DNA of 64,000 nucleotides, taken from the NCBI RefSeq assembly GCF_009914755.1, contig NC_060941.1, one strand, 5' to 3'. A model generated the notes under the pieces. The model made no database searches. It saw nothing but the letters and a program-made list of their open reading frames with translations, and was not told the origin of the DNA. Both the position numbers and the translations under genes were made by a program. This stretch comes from the human T2T-CHM13v2.0 reference genome, Homo sapiens. Position 1 is the stretch's first letter. Every line of letters starts with the position of its first letter. This document shows, piece by piece, positions 17,515-34,215 of this stretch.

Positions 17515-18373
17515 TAAAGTAAAGAAAATAGATCAATCAGACCACAACTGAATACACAATTTCCTAAATCCACAAAACCCGAGCCTCACAATACTTTTTA
17601 ACCAGGGCCTGAGTGAGGGTTAGAACATCATGTAATTTTAAGCTTTGCTTAAAATCTCCCAGGAAAAATGGCTTAGATGGCATGGCTCAGACTTCTCCTG
17701 TATATGCACCTAGAAATACTGAATCGTTCCACCTGGAGGTCTTGCAGGCCCCTCCATCTCTATGGGGCCAACGTGGAACTTGCCTCTTCTTTCGTCTGGT
17801 CAACACCAGTCATGATTTTTGGCTGGCTGGCATTTTTGAACCCCTTTGTATGTCTGGGGAATCTCCCTCATGCTGGGCCAGAAATGTGCTTCCCAGGGCC
17901 CCTTGCACCTAGACGTGCACACGGGAGCTGGTAGGCAGGACAGTCACTGGCCCTGCATGAGGATCTGTAGACACCATGTGAGCCGCCCTGGCCAGGTGGC
18001 TGCTGAGACGCCAAGGGTCCAGTGGCAACCACAGCATCTGGCCCCAGTGCTGGTGGTATGCTCTTCTGGGCTGGGATTTGCATGGACCTCTGGCTGCAGG
18101 CCTGCCCTCCGGGCCATTTGAAGACCCTGTGAGCTGACTCTATCCTTCATTAATCCTTCACATGCCTAAACTGCCTGGCATGGGTTGCAAGGAGGAACCT
18201 TGACTGATACCTGCCTCCTCCCCAAGCTTACTCCTCCTCTGTTTCCATCGGAAACATCCCTCCCCTTGCCCAAGTGTGAAGCCCAGCAGTCACCCTGTCT
18301 CCTCTCTCCCTCCCCAGTTCCAATCCCCCAGTCTTACTGACAACTCTGCTTCCTACCTCTACAGCTCTGGAAG

Positions 18374-18726
18374 TGTCAGAGACGTTTGAACCAAAGCAAC
18401 TCCATCTTGAATAGGAGCTGGGTAAAATGAGGCTGAAACCTACCGTGCTGCATTCCCAGACAGTTCAGGCATTCTAAGTCACCCTTTGTGTGTCTGAGGA
18501 ATCTCCCTCATACTGGGCCAGAAACGTACTTCCCAGGGCCCCTTGCATCTAGATGTGCACATGGGAGCTGGTGGGGAGGACAGTCACCAGCTTATCATCA
18601 CAGGATAAGATAGGAGGTCAGCATGAAATATAGGTCATAAATACCTTGCTGATAAAACAGGTTGCAGTAAAGGAGCCGGCCAAAACCCACCAAAACCAAA
18701 ATGGCGACAAGAGTGACCTCTGGTCA
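18374..18726 (+). mobile_element. MER41 (ERV1) LTR 5' part, 3'-truncated, with a foreign insert at 18482-18597
   Basis: TGTCAGAGACGTTTGAACCAAAGCAACTCCATCTTGAATAGG through GATAAAACAGGTTGCAGTAAAG matches the recalled MER41 consensus. Confidence 0.88.
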
Positions 18727-19224
18727 TTCAATGTTTGGGAGCCTTGCACACTCGCCTGGCTCCCCACGTGGCAATCATTCTGTCTGCCTTCAGGCTCCTG
18801 CACAAGCTGATGCTTCTACCTGGAGTTTTACTCCACTCTCTCCCTCCTTCCACCCCTACTTGGCCTTGGCTCTCAGCTTCTGGGAAAAGTCATTTCCAAA
18901 CCTCCCCTCAGAGTAGTCATCTCTCCACAGCCCTCTGTGTTTCTGGGGGCTGTTAGGCATGGTGGCTGCCTGCTCATTCTTTGACACTTTCTTTAACACT
19001 TAGGAGCTCTGCAGCCCTGGGCAAGTTACTGAATCTCTCTGGGCCATCTTTATGTCTTCATTTATAAAATAAGGTTTGTGAAAGGAGAATAAATCTCAGG
19101 ATCCCCAAATCACTAAGCCAAAGGGAAAAGTCAAGCTGGGAACTGTGTCAGGCAAACCTGCCTCCATTCTATTCCTAAATAAGATGGCTACAAAGATTGA
19201 AAAAAAAAAAGCCTACATGCCACA

Positions 19225-19535
<311 letters not shown>

Positions 19536-19536
19536 C

Positions 19537-19686
19537 TAATGAATAGCTAATAGATGCTGGTCTTAATACCTGAGTGATGGGTTGATCTCTGCAGCAAACC
19601 ACCATGGCACACGTTTACCTATGTAACAAACCTGCACATCCTGCACATGTACCCCAGAACTTAAAATAAAAGTTGAAGAAAAAAAA
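19537..19686 (+). mobile_element. L1PA 3' end (short, 5'-truncated insertion)
   Basis: GCAGCAAACCACCATGGCACACGTTTACCTATGTAACAAACCTGCAC...AATAAAA, with a degenerate TSD AAAAAAGC(C)TACAT(G/A)CC. Confidence 0.9.
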
Positions 19687-20526
19687 GCTACATACCTCCC
19701 TCACAACTTGCCCACAAGGAAATTCCTTGGATGAGGGACGGACAGAGCTCAAAGCCATCCTTCTGCCCACCGGAGACAAATGCACCTCTGATCGCCTCCT
19801 TTGCCCTGTTGTTTCACTGAGCCAGACTAAGGTATCAGTGACTATTCCTCTACCCTCCTCTCACAGGTAAATTGTGTATTCAGTGAAAGGCTAATCAGAG
19901 ACCCCAAAGAATGCAACTGTTTGTCTCTTATCTACCTATGATCTGGAAGTCCCTCCCCGGCCTCGAGTTGTCCCTGCTTTCAGGACCGAACCAATGTACA
20001 TCTTACACATACTGACTGACGTCTTCTCTCTCCCTGAAATGTATGAAACCAAGAGTGCCCTGACCACCTTGTTGTCAGAACCTCCTGAGGCTGTGTCACG
20101 GATGCGTGATCATAGCACCATCTTAGCTCCTTAACCTTAGCAAAATAAACTTCCCAAATCGACTGAGACCTGTCTCAGATAGTTTTTGGTTCACAGGTTC
20201 ACCACATGTGCAGCCTCCACCCTTCTCCAGGCTGTTCTGGATGCTGCCCCTTCAGCCTGCATTTCCCTGTCTCTGGCTTCCCAGCACAGACTGGGGATGG
20301 GAGGGAGGGGGATGTATCTGCTTGGGACCGGCCTCTCACAGGGTCACAATGGGGCAGCCCTGGGGGTAGTAGCTGCCCACTGCTGCTGCCCTTTGGGGGC
20401 CTCCACGCCTCTTGGCTGTTCCCTTACCTCTGCCTAGGGCAGTGCAAATGCCGGCAGGCCTGCTTATTACACTTCGCTTCATTGCTGTTTGCAGATACTG
20501 CATTGTTTTTACAAGATTGGAGGTTT

Positions 20527-20955
<429 letters not shown>

Positions 20956-21154
20956 TCACAATATTTCAAACTTTGTCATTATTATTGTGTCTGTTATGGT
21001 GATCTGTGGCCAGTCCTCTTGGATCTTACTATTGTAATTGTTTGGGGGCACCATAAACCAATAAGAAAGTGAACTAATGTGTTGCATATGTTCCAACTAG
21101 TCCACCAACTGGCTGTTCTCTGTCTTTTTCTCCTCGGGCCTCCCTATTATCTGA

Positions 21155-21478
<324 letters not shown>

Positions 21479-22671
21479 TGAAAGCTAGGCCTCTTGTGCC
21501 AAACACTTAGCCAAGTTGTGAAGGCGAAGGAAAAGTTCTTGAAGGAAATTAAAATGCTACTCCAGTGAACACACAAATGATAAGAAAGTGAAACAGTCTT
21601 ATTCCTGGTATGGAGAAAGTTTGAGCGGTCTGGAGAGATCAAACCAGCCACAATATCTCTTAAGCCAAAGCCTAATCCAACGCAAGGCCCTAACTCTCTT
21701 TAATTCTATAAAGGCTGAGAGAGGTGAGGAAGCTGCAGAAGAAAAGTTGGAAGCTAGCACGGGTTGGTTCATGAGGAATGAAACCACTCCATATTAAGGA
21801 ATGAAACCCACTCCATAACATAAAAGTGCAAGGTGAAGCAGCAAGTGCTGATGGAGAAAACTACAGCAAGTTCTCCAGAAGATCTAGTGGAGATCACCGA
21901 TGAAGGTGGCTGCACTAAACAGCAGATTCTCAGTGAGGATGAAAGAGCACTCTATTGGAAGAAGGTGCCATCTAGGACTTTCATAGCTAGAGTACAGAAA
22001 GTCAATGCCTGGCTTCAAAGCTTCAAAAGGATAGTATAACTCTTGTTAGGGGCTAATGCAACTGTCATTTACCATCCCCAAATCCTAGGGCCCTTAAGAA
22101 TGATGCTAGATCTACTCTGCCTGTGCTCTAGAAATGGAAAACCAAAGGCTGGATGACAGCACATCTGTTTCCAGTGTGGCTTGCTGACTATTATAAGTCT
22201 ACTGTTGAGACCTCCTGCTCAGAAAGAGAAGATTCCTGCTCATTGACAATGCACTGATGGAGACGTATAAAGAGATGAATGTTGTTTTCATGCCTGCTAA
22301 CACGACATCCATTCTGCAGCCCATGGATCAAGGAGTAATTTTGACTTCCAAGTCCTATTACATAACACATATATTTCATAACAGGTATAGCTGCCATATA
22401 CAGCAATTGTTTTGGTTGGTCTGGGCAAAGTAAACTGAAAACCTTTGGAAAGGATTTGCCATTCTAGACGCCATTAAGGACATTTGTAATTCATGGCAGG
22501 AGGTAAAAAATATCAACATTAACAGGAGTTTGGAAGAAGCTGATTTCGACTCTCATGGATGACTGAGGGGCTCAAAATTTCAGTGAAGAAAGTCACTGTA
22601 GATGTCGTGGAAATTGCAAGAGAATTAGAAGTGGAGCCCGAAGATGTGACTGCATTGCTGCAATCTCATGA

Positions 22672-23005
<334 letters not shown>

Positions 23006-25069
23006 GAGTTGCTTCTTATGGATGAGTCAAGAAAGTGATTCCTTGAGATGGAATCTACTCCTTGTAAAGATGCTATGAGCATTGTTGAAGTGAAAACAAG
23101 GGGTTTAGAATATTACATAACATTAGCAGCAGCAGGATTTGAGAGGGTTGACTCCAATTGTGAAAGAAGTTCTTTGGGTCAAATGCTGTAAAACAGCATC
23201 ACATGCTACAGAGAAATCTTTTGTGAAAGGCAGAGTGGATCTATGTAGCAAACCTCATTGTTGTCTTATTGTAAGAAGTCGCCACAGCCACCCCGTCCTT
23301 CAGCAATCACCACCCTGATCGGTTGGCAGCCTTCAACATCAAGGCAAGACCCTCCACCAGCAAAAAGACGATGACTCGCTGAAGGCCCAGATGATCACTA
23401 GCATTTTTAGCAATAAGTATTTTTAAATTAAGGTATGTACTTTGTTTTTTAGACACAATGCTATTGCACACTTAGTAGACTACAGTATAGTGTAAATATA
23501 ACTTTTGTGCACTGGGAAACCAACAATTGGTGTGACTTGCTTTATTGTGTATTTGTTTTATTGCGTCAGTCTAGAACCAAACTTGCAATATCTCTGAAGT
23601 GTGACTGTAGTCACTTTGTAAATATGTCTTCTCTGAGCCATCTGGGGAAGTTCTGTGTTACATTCCAGGGCTGTCAAGAGGATTCAGTAAGAGCACTTTT
23701 GCTGGCGCCCTAGCACAGAGCCTGGTGCAGCACGTTTTAGCTGTTAGTGCTTTTCCTGAAGCACTGCACCCATCAGTCTGCTTCACAACTGATAATTTTC
23801 TCATCTGTTTCTGCCAACAGACCAGATCCGCAATGCGGAGACCTTTCTCTGCTATATTATTAGTACTTATTGAGGAGTGCTTGGTTGACAAGAGCATGCT
23901 TGGTCGACAAGCAATGTTAATGGTCCCACCTGCCTGTTTGCAGTGCCATTGTGGTGTCAGGAGTACAAGAGGCAGGAATGGCCACAACACCCCCTGTGCA
24001 GTTGTCTAGGTTGTGCACTGCAAAAGTTGCCTGCCTTGAGGAGCAAGGGTAGCTGAGATTAGCCTGGGTTCTTCCCACCAAGCTGTGCTCCCAAGAAAGA
24101 GGAGTCTCCTAATTTGTTCAAAGGGGCTGCATGAACTAGTGGTTCCTTGGGTCTCCACTCCCCGACAGAAAGTTTGTGATGCCTAAACCCAGTTTCTATT
24201 CATTTATACAGGAGACTCTGTCCTCCTGCCTGTGCTCTACCGCCCGGGGCGCCGGGCACCTCTTTTTTATGAGTTGCTCTCTGCCTTCCAGTAAGCCAGC
24301 AGCTTTCCACGGAAGTGCCTTGGCTTGAGAGAGGCCTGCAGAAACCAGCAGGGACAGGATCTCTGAGAAGTTCCCCAGCAGCCTGAACATCGGAGCCACT
24401 GATCTTCCAGATAAATAGGGGCAGACAAAGGCGAGTGAGCAGTGAGCTCCAGAGAAACCAGTTGTGTCCGGCCGCAAAAATAATGTCCCTGGCTGCAAAG
24501 TGGACTCAAAATGGACTAATAGGCAATTAGCACCAGAGTGCCCCTACCCAGCCCGGAGCCCATTAGACGCAGGACGGCTTTAACCAAATCCTGTCTTAAA
24601 GAGCTCTGTTGAGAGTCTCCATAATGTAAGTAGGGCCTTAATGGGGAAAAACAGCCTGGTGACGCAGGTGAAGAGAGCGGTTCTTAGTGGGAGCTTATAA
24701 GTGGGCTGGAGGCAGCCGAGCACTATTGAGGTGCTCTGCAGGGGCAGGTGGAGGCAGAGGCGGTTGCGTTTCAGTCCAACCTGTTCTGGTTAGCTCTGTT
24801 CCAGGGCTTCCGCCTATCCCCAAATCTCTTCCATATTTGGAGCCCAGAAGGGCACCACCGCTGTGGTGTAACCTGCGTCTCCACCTCCGCCCAGGGTGGT
24901 CAGATCTGGTATGTTCTGGGGACTGGAAGCAGGTGTTCAGGCTCCAGGCCTGCATGTGTCTGTGACACTGGCCTTGGCCCTGTGCCTTGAGTTCCCTTCC
25001 CTTTACTCTCTCCCTCCCTGGTGAGGCGAGAGTATGGCTGACATCACCTACCCTCTGGGCAGCACCTTA

Positions 25070-26084
<1,015 letters not shown>

Positions 26085-26112
26085 TCATCTGACTTCATCT
26101 CGCTTCAGCTTC

Positions 26113-26870
<758 letters not shown>

Positions 26871-28279
26871 ATGAGGACGTGGAGGCGGAGGCAGCCACCT
26901 GGGCTAGGTCCCTAACCAGGGCACGCTGCAGCCGGCTGTCTGCCTCACAGTCCCATGTGCCTCTGCCTCCCACTGCCCACCTCAGAGGCCCAGGGCCGCA
27001 GCAGGTGAGGTGGAGGGGGCTGCACTTGTTTCCATGGGGTTGTTTCTGGGACTTACAGTCAGAGCTCCTGGATGTGCATCTTGGCTCCATTCCTTCCTGG
27101 GGGACCTTGGGCAGCACACGTAAGCCTCAGCCTCAGTTTCTCCAGTAGACAAATGATGAGTCTATTAAGGGCTGTGTATTGAGGACAGAATGAGAATGAA
27201 GAAAGCCAGAGGGGCCTGAGAGAGGTGATCAGGAGGAGGAAGGCGGGGAGAGAAAGAGGGAGGGAGAGCGAACCTGAGTGCCTGCCCCACCCGACTCCCG
27301 ACCTCCGTGAGTAGAGGGCTGAAGCTTTCCCCTCCTCCCACAGCCATTTACCCAGCTCTGGGGGTAATTGCTATAATTTCAAGGCTGGGTAATGCCAGCA
27401 GATTAGAGAGGGAAAGGCTCCCTCGGGTTCAGCCGGCACATTAGGCACAGTTATAAATGTCAGCGCTGATGGCTCGTCAAGAGCCCCAGGATGGGGGCAC
27501 AAGCTCCCCACTGTCCTCAGGCCCAGCCCTTCCCCCTCCTCTGGGCTAGAACCCGAGTGTAAGGTACTGCACTCCCCACAGCTCACCCTCCACCATCAGC
27601 CCCCTCCTGTTCACCTCTGCTCAGTGTTCAGACCCTGCTTCTGCTGCCTGGTGTGCACCCTTGGGCAAGGCTCTGAGCCTCAACTGCAAAATGGGCAGCA
27701 ACAACAGCACATGCTCCATCAGCCGCCCTCGGCACTGTGGGCCCTGGTCATCCTCCCAGCGATACTGAGGGAGATGCTCTGGGACCCCATTCGTCAGGAG
27801 GTGAAGAGAGATGAGGCCCCAGCCTGCGCCTCCATTTCCCCATCTGCAAAATGTGGAGGTTGGGTAAGAAGAGGAGACCCCTGAGTGCGCTTCCAGCCTT
27901 CACGGTCTCTGCTTCTGTCCTGAGGGTTGTGTGGCAGAAACCCTGGGCGTCAGGCAGGACAGGGGGAGGCAGTGGGGAGAGAGGTTGAAAGAAGGCTTCC
28001 CCACAGTGGGCTGCTCTGCCTCCACCGGCCTCCTGAGGCTGCCAGGAGTGTTTTTCTCCCGTGGGGAAAGCCTGTGGGGTCCCTTCCTCAGGGCCTTTGC
28101 CAAGCTCAAAGGAGGTGCCATTAGTCTCTTGGGGAGCTCTAAGGGTCTGAGTCTCTAGAGCACATGCAGGGGTCCCCTATGCGTGTGAGAAAAGGCTTTG
28201 GGTCCCTAGGGAGGAGACCAGGCATGGGACAACCTGTCCTTCCCACCTTTCTTCCCCTCCCTTCCCTATTCCCAGCGCT

Positions 28280-29040
28280 ATATCATGAACATTTGCAGAC
28301 ATGAGAAAAGCTGAAAGGATAATACAGAGAACACCTTTGCAGCCACCACCTACAACTGTACCGTCTGCCCCCTGCCCCTCTGCCCCTTCATCTGTCCATC
28401 AAATTTTTGATGTATTGCAAAATAAGTTGCAGATGGACACCGCACCCCGAGACAGGCTAGCATGCACGTCACTCACTGGAGTTCAGTATTTGTTAACTGT
28501 TTTTTTTTTAGGGTGAAATTTATACATAATGAAATGGACAAATTTTAAGGGTAGCAATCAATGCATCTTGACAAATGCACACACATGTGAGGCTCAAGCT
28601 CTTCAAGACAGAGGGTGTCACCGTTGCCTGGAAAGTTCACCCTTGCTCCTTCCAGTCCCTAGAAACAGCTGCTGTCTTTTTTTTTTCCAACATCGCTTGG
28701 CTTTGCCTGTTCTAGACATTCATGTAAATAGAGCCATACAGTATGTTTTTTTGTTTTTGTTTTTGGCGGGGGAGGGGGCGTGGTTTCTTTTGCTAAGCAT
28801 GTTTATTTTGAGATTCATCCATGTTTTCTTGGGTATTGGTAGTCCATTCCTTTTTATTGCAAAGTAGTAAGCCACTGCATGAATAGAGCCTGCTCATTTA
28901 CCCGTGGATCTGTTGACCCTTTGAGTTGTTCCCAGTTTGAGGCTGTTATGAATAAAACTGTTGTGAACATTTGTGTGTGAGTCTTTGTGTGGACATGTTT
29001 GCATTTCTCTTGCATAAATGCCTAGAAGTAGAATTACTGG
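28280..29040 (-). mobile_element. L1ME/MC 3' fragments
   Basis: TTGAGATTCATCCATG through GCCTAGAAGTAGAATTACTGG. Confidence 0.75.
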
Positions 29041-29725
29041 GCTTCCTCCTTTTATGGGATTAAAAAAGAAAAAGAAAGAATGAAAGAGAGACACAGAGAC
29101 GGAAAGAAAAGAGAGAAGAAGAAAGTAAAGGAAAAGCAAAAAGCATAGGTAACTAGATTGCAGAAACTTTGAACAATAACCATCATCGCTCCAAAGAAAC
29201 TGCCACCCCAGGAGTTCTCGACAGGCTATGGAGGAAGGCTTGGCATTGAGACAGACTTAGTGCAAATCTTGCTTTGCCACTTGTAAACTGTGTGACCCTA
29301 GGGAAGTTTCTTAACCTCTCTGAGCTTTAGTTCTTCCTCTGTAAACTGAGAACAATGAGATCAGCCAGTTTACAGTTGTTAGGGGGAATTCCCCAAGAGG
29401 AAGGCTGTAGAAGCCCTGGCCAGAACTTGGTCTGCAGTGGATCATGGCTAACATGAGCCCCTCTCCCTACCTATTTGTCTTGCAAGGTCCAAGGTCTGAT
29501 GTCGTCTCAGTGAAGCTTTTCCTGAAAATCTAGTTAAAAATGAAAAGTGCCAACACTCACAGGAGACTTTCCATGAACCGGCATGTCTCTGAGTGCTCTG
29601 CAAGTATTAGCTCATTTAATTCTTTCAACAAGCCCCCAAAATAGCTTTATTATCAGCATATCTATTTTGTAGGCACAGAGAGATTCAATGATTTGCCTAA
29701 AGTCACACAGCAAGTTAAGTGATGA

Positions 29726-30073
<348 letters not shown>

Positions 30074-30401
30074 CCTTTTCCTGGACATTTTCTATCAATG
30101 GAATCTACCGACTTTTTTCACCATGCATTGTGTTTCCCAGATCCATCCATATGGTGCCCATGTTGTAGCATGTACCAGAACTTCCTTTTTTTGATTAATG
30201 TTCCGTTGCCTAGATACACACCATTGTGTTTATCCCTTCGTCTTTTGATGGACATTGGGTTATTTCCACCTTTTAGTGAATGTGATTAATGCTGCTATGG
30301 ACATCTGTGTGCAAGTTTTGGTTTGAATACCTGTCTTTAATTCTTCTGGGCATGTACCCAGAAGTAGGGTTGTTGGGCCAGATGGAAAGCTGTATGTAAC
30401 C

Positions 30402-31143
<742 letters not shown>

Positions 31144-33220
31144 TGTAACCTCTTGAGGAACTGCCACACCGTGGGTTGCTTTCGAGCACTCTTGGGGTTG
31201 TAGCTGAAGACATGGATGATTGAGTGGAAGATGGTTTTGCAACGCCCGTGGGTGTCTTAGAGAAACTAGAGCAAGATAAAACCAGCGTCACTAAACTTTC
31301 ACAGTCGCTCCCCTGCCAAGCCAAGCCTCCCTCCCACACCTGGTCATCTTCTTGGGGCTACCTGGGCTCTTTACTGAGCTTCCTTCTCCTTCATCCCGGA
31401 CCTCCTGGGGCACCTTCCTCCAGCAGGGCAGTCCTCTGAGGTTGACCCTGCACGGTCCCTTCTGGGGACCGGGTTCCAGCACTCCTCCTGGCTGAATCCC
31501 ACATGCAGCCAGGCTAGAGGGCTTTGCAAGTGGCAGGGGAACACCTCGATGCCCAGTTCTCGGGACCCTGCCTTACCTCCCATGCTAAGGGCATCAGGAG
31601 CCCGGGCAGCATCCATACCTCACCTCACCTCCCTCCCATGGTCCATGGGGTCACCAGGAAGGCCAGGCCCTGGGAGCACCAGTGGGGAGGCACCCCTCGC
31701 AGTGAACCTGAAAGTTTATTATCCAGTCCACACACACCCAACCTGTGCTGTGGGCAAGGTACTGTTCACAGGCTGGGGACACAGTACTTGTCCTCATTGA
31801 GAAGGTCCCCAAGGCCCAGCTACATAATTTCCAGGGCCTGGTGCAGAATGACACTGTAGGGCCTCTTGTTCAAAAATGTAAAAGATTTTGAAGGTAGGGA
31901 TAGCAGGGGCCCTTCTCCCTGCACAGGTCCCAGCCCACGAAGCTGTGGGTGGGCACATTCTAGAACAGCACTAATGCCCTGTACATGGGGAGTGGGTCAT
32001 TAGGCCTGAGCCACCCATGGGCCCTGGGTGAACTCAGGTGCAAGAAGTGACTTTGGAAAACATCCGTCCATTTCCCACTTTAGCACTGGAAACACCAGTG
32101 CGGAGAGAGGGGCTCTCAGCCTGCTCAGGGCTCAGGCAGGGCAGCGACCAGCACCCGCAACCTGCATCGGAGCCTGAGCGTTGCACTGCACCCCCTCCTC
32201 ACCCTCCCTGCTTTGGAGAGGGTGCAGGCTGTGCAGGAGTGGAGGTCTGAATGAACTCAGGTGTGGACGTGTGTTGGGAAGACACTGCAAGGCCTGGCCC
32301 TGCCAGCAAGGTAAGGAAGAGAGGATGATGTGTGTCCCCACCCTAGGCCGAGAGGAGCCCCTGACAGTTAGCCTCACACATGGCTGAAAACCATTTAGAG
32401 AATTGACACTCTGACCTCAGCATCCTCTCAGTCCACAAAGATTGATTCCTGGGGACCATGCCGTTCTGTCTCTGGCTGGATTTTTCTTTTTTGAATTGAG
32501 GTAAAATACACGCCACATGAAATGTATCGTTTTAACCATCCCCCCTCTGCAGCCCCTGGCAACCGTCAATCTGCTTTTTGTCCCCACGGATTTGTCTATT
32601 CTGGACATTGCATCCAAATGGACTCCTATAGCATCTGGCTGGGTTTCAAATGATCCTGGCTTCCATTTGTTGAACGCTGATAATCCCTGTGTCAGCATAT
32701 GCTGGGCGCTTCTATCCGCATTATCTCAGCTCATCCGCACAACAGCCTAACAGCTGGCACATCTCACAGAGGGGACAACTGCTCTCAGAGAAGCCATTCA
32801 GACAGCAGCTGGCAGTCCCCAAGCCCTCTGACCTCAAGGACCTCAAAGACTCTGGCGTGGCGGAGTCGAGCCGGCCGTGTCAGGGAAAGAGCGGGACTCA
32901 TCTTTGTGTCCAAAATAATATGAGCAGTCACAGGGGAGCTCTGAGGGGCTCAACACCCTCATGTTCAGATGCGGAGAGGCCAAATGGTGGCAATGCCTAA
33001 GTCCTCGCCAGGAGGCAGTAGCAGAGCTGGGCAAGTAGGCGAAGAGTCTGGGGGGCTCCAGCCCCCCTCCAGCAGTCAGCCCCCAGTCTCTATCTCAGCA
33101 CCCCCTGGGGAAGGCCCAGGGTAGAGCTGACTCTCCACCCACAGCCAAGGGAGGAGCCTGGCACCTCCTTCATTTCCTCTCCTCATTTAAAGAATTACCA
33201 CCCCTGAGGGGTGTTTGCTT

Positions 33221-33222
<2 letters not shown>

Positions 33223-33261
<39 letters not shown>

Positions 33262-33270
33262 AGAAGAGAG
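33223..33270. repeat. (GA)n microsatellite
   Basis: Direct reading. Confidence 0.95.
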
Positions 33271-33954
33271 ATTCGTCTGCACAGCTTGCGTATCCCATGG
33301 ATGGCAGGAGTTAATAAGAGAGTCTTCTCCGCAATTAATACCCTTGTTTGGTCACAGGATGGGAGCATCGCCGTCCTCTGTTGATCTGCCTGGAAGACCA
33401 AACTCACCACCCAAAGCGGAACTCCCCTGGGGACGTTTTGTTCCCAGCATTCCATGGCAGCTGCAGAAACGGAACACAGCTTGCTCCTCCAGGGACCCGG
33501 CCAAGTGCCTTGGGTGGACAGGCCCAGGGATGCGGCAGGACAGCCAGGCCTGGGGGTCTGTGCAGGGAGGGGCAGCAGCTGAGCCCAAGATGGTGCCATT
33601 CAGGGCCCAATAACAGGTAAAGTATTATTAGTGAGGGTGCCAGGAATGAGAGCACTCATTGTGGGTGGCGTCGCCAAGTCAGAAAAGGATAAACCAGATG
33701 AATTCTCAGGTGCTCACTTGGTGTGGGAGGCCTGGGTTGAACTCACACACATAGGTGGATACAAAAACACATGTGTGGGTAGGTGGCTCTGCTCGCTGAG
33801 AGGGCCACAAGCAGCGTCCCCCCAGCAGCCATGAGCACAGTGCCCGCCCAGATCTTGGCCTGTCATGCTGTCCTCCATCAGGCTCCTTGGAGGAAGCGTC
33901 TGGAATCCTGTGTTGCACCATGAAATCAGGTGGCCTCAAAGAAGGGTTGGGACG

Positions 33955-34215
33955 TGTCACAGATATCCAGAAGCCACCCTGAATTGGCAAAATTGGGATG
34001 CTGTGAGCATCAACATAAACAATCGTAATAACAGACTGTAACCCAAAGAAGGAATAGGAAAGCATAAGTCCTTGCAGATATAAGCAAATGAATGAATCAA
34101 TTGAACATGTGCTGAGCAATGGAATAATGGCATAATCTCAAAAATACTTATTCATGACAAAGGGGAAAATAGTACCTTTGCACTGGAGAAGCCTGATAGA
34201 CATCATCTAATCGAG
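33955..34215 (+). mobile_element. L1MC/MD 3' fragment
   Basis: CAAAGGGGAAAATAGTACCTTTGCACTGGAGAAGCCTG. Confidence 0.6.
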
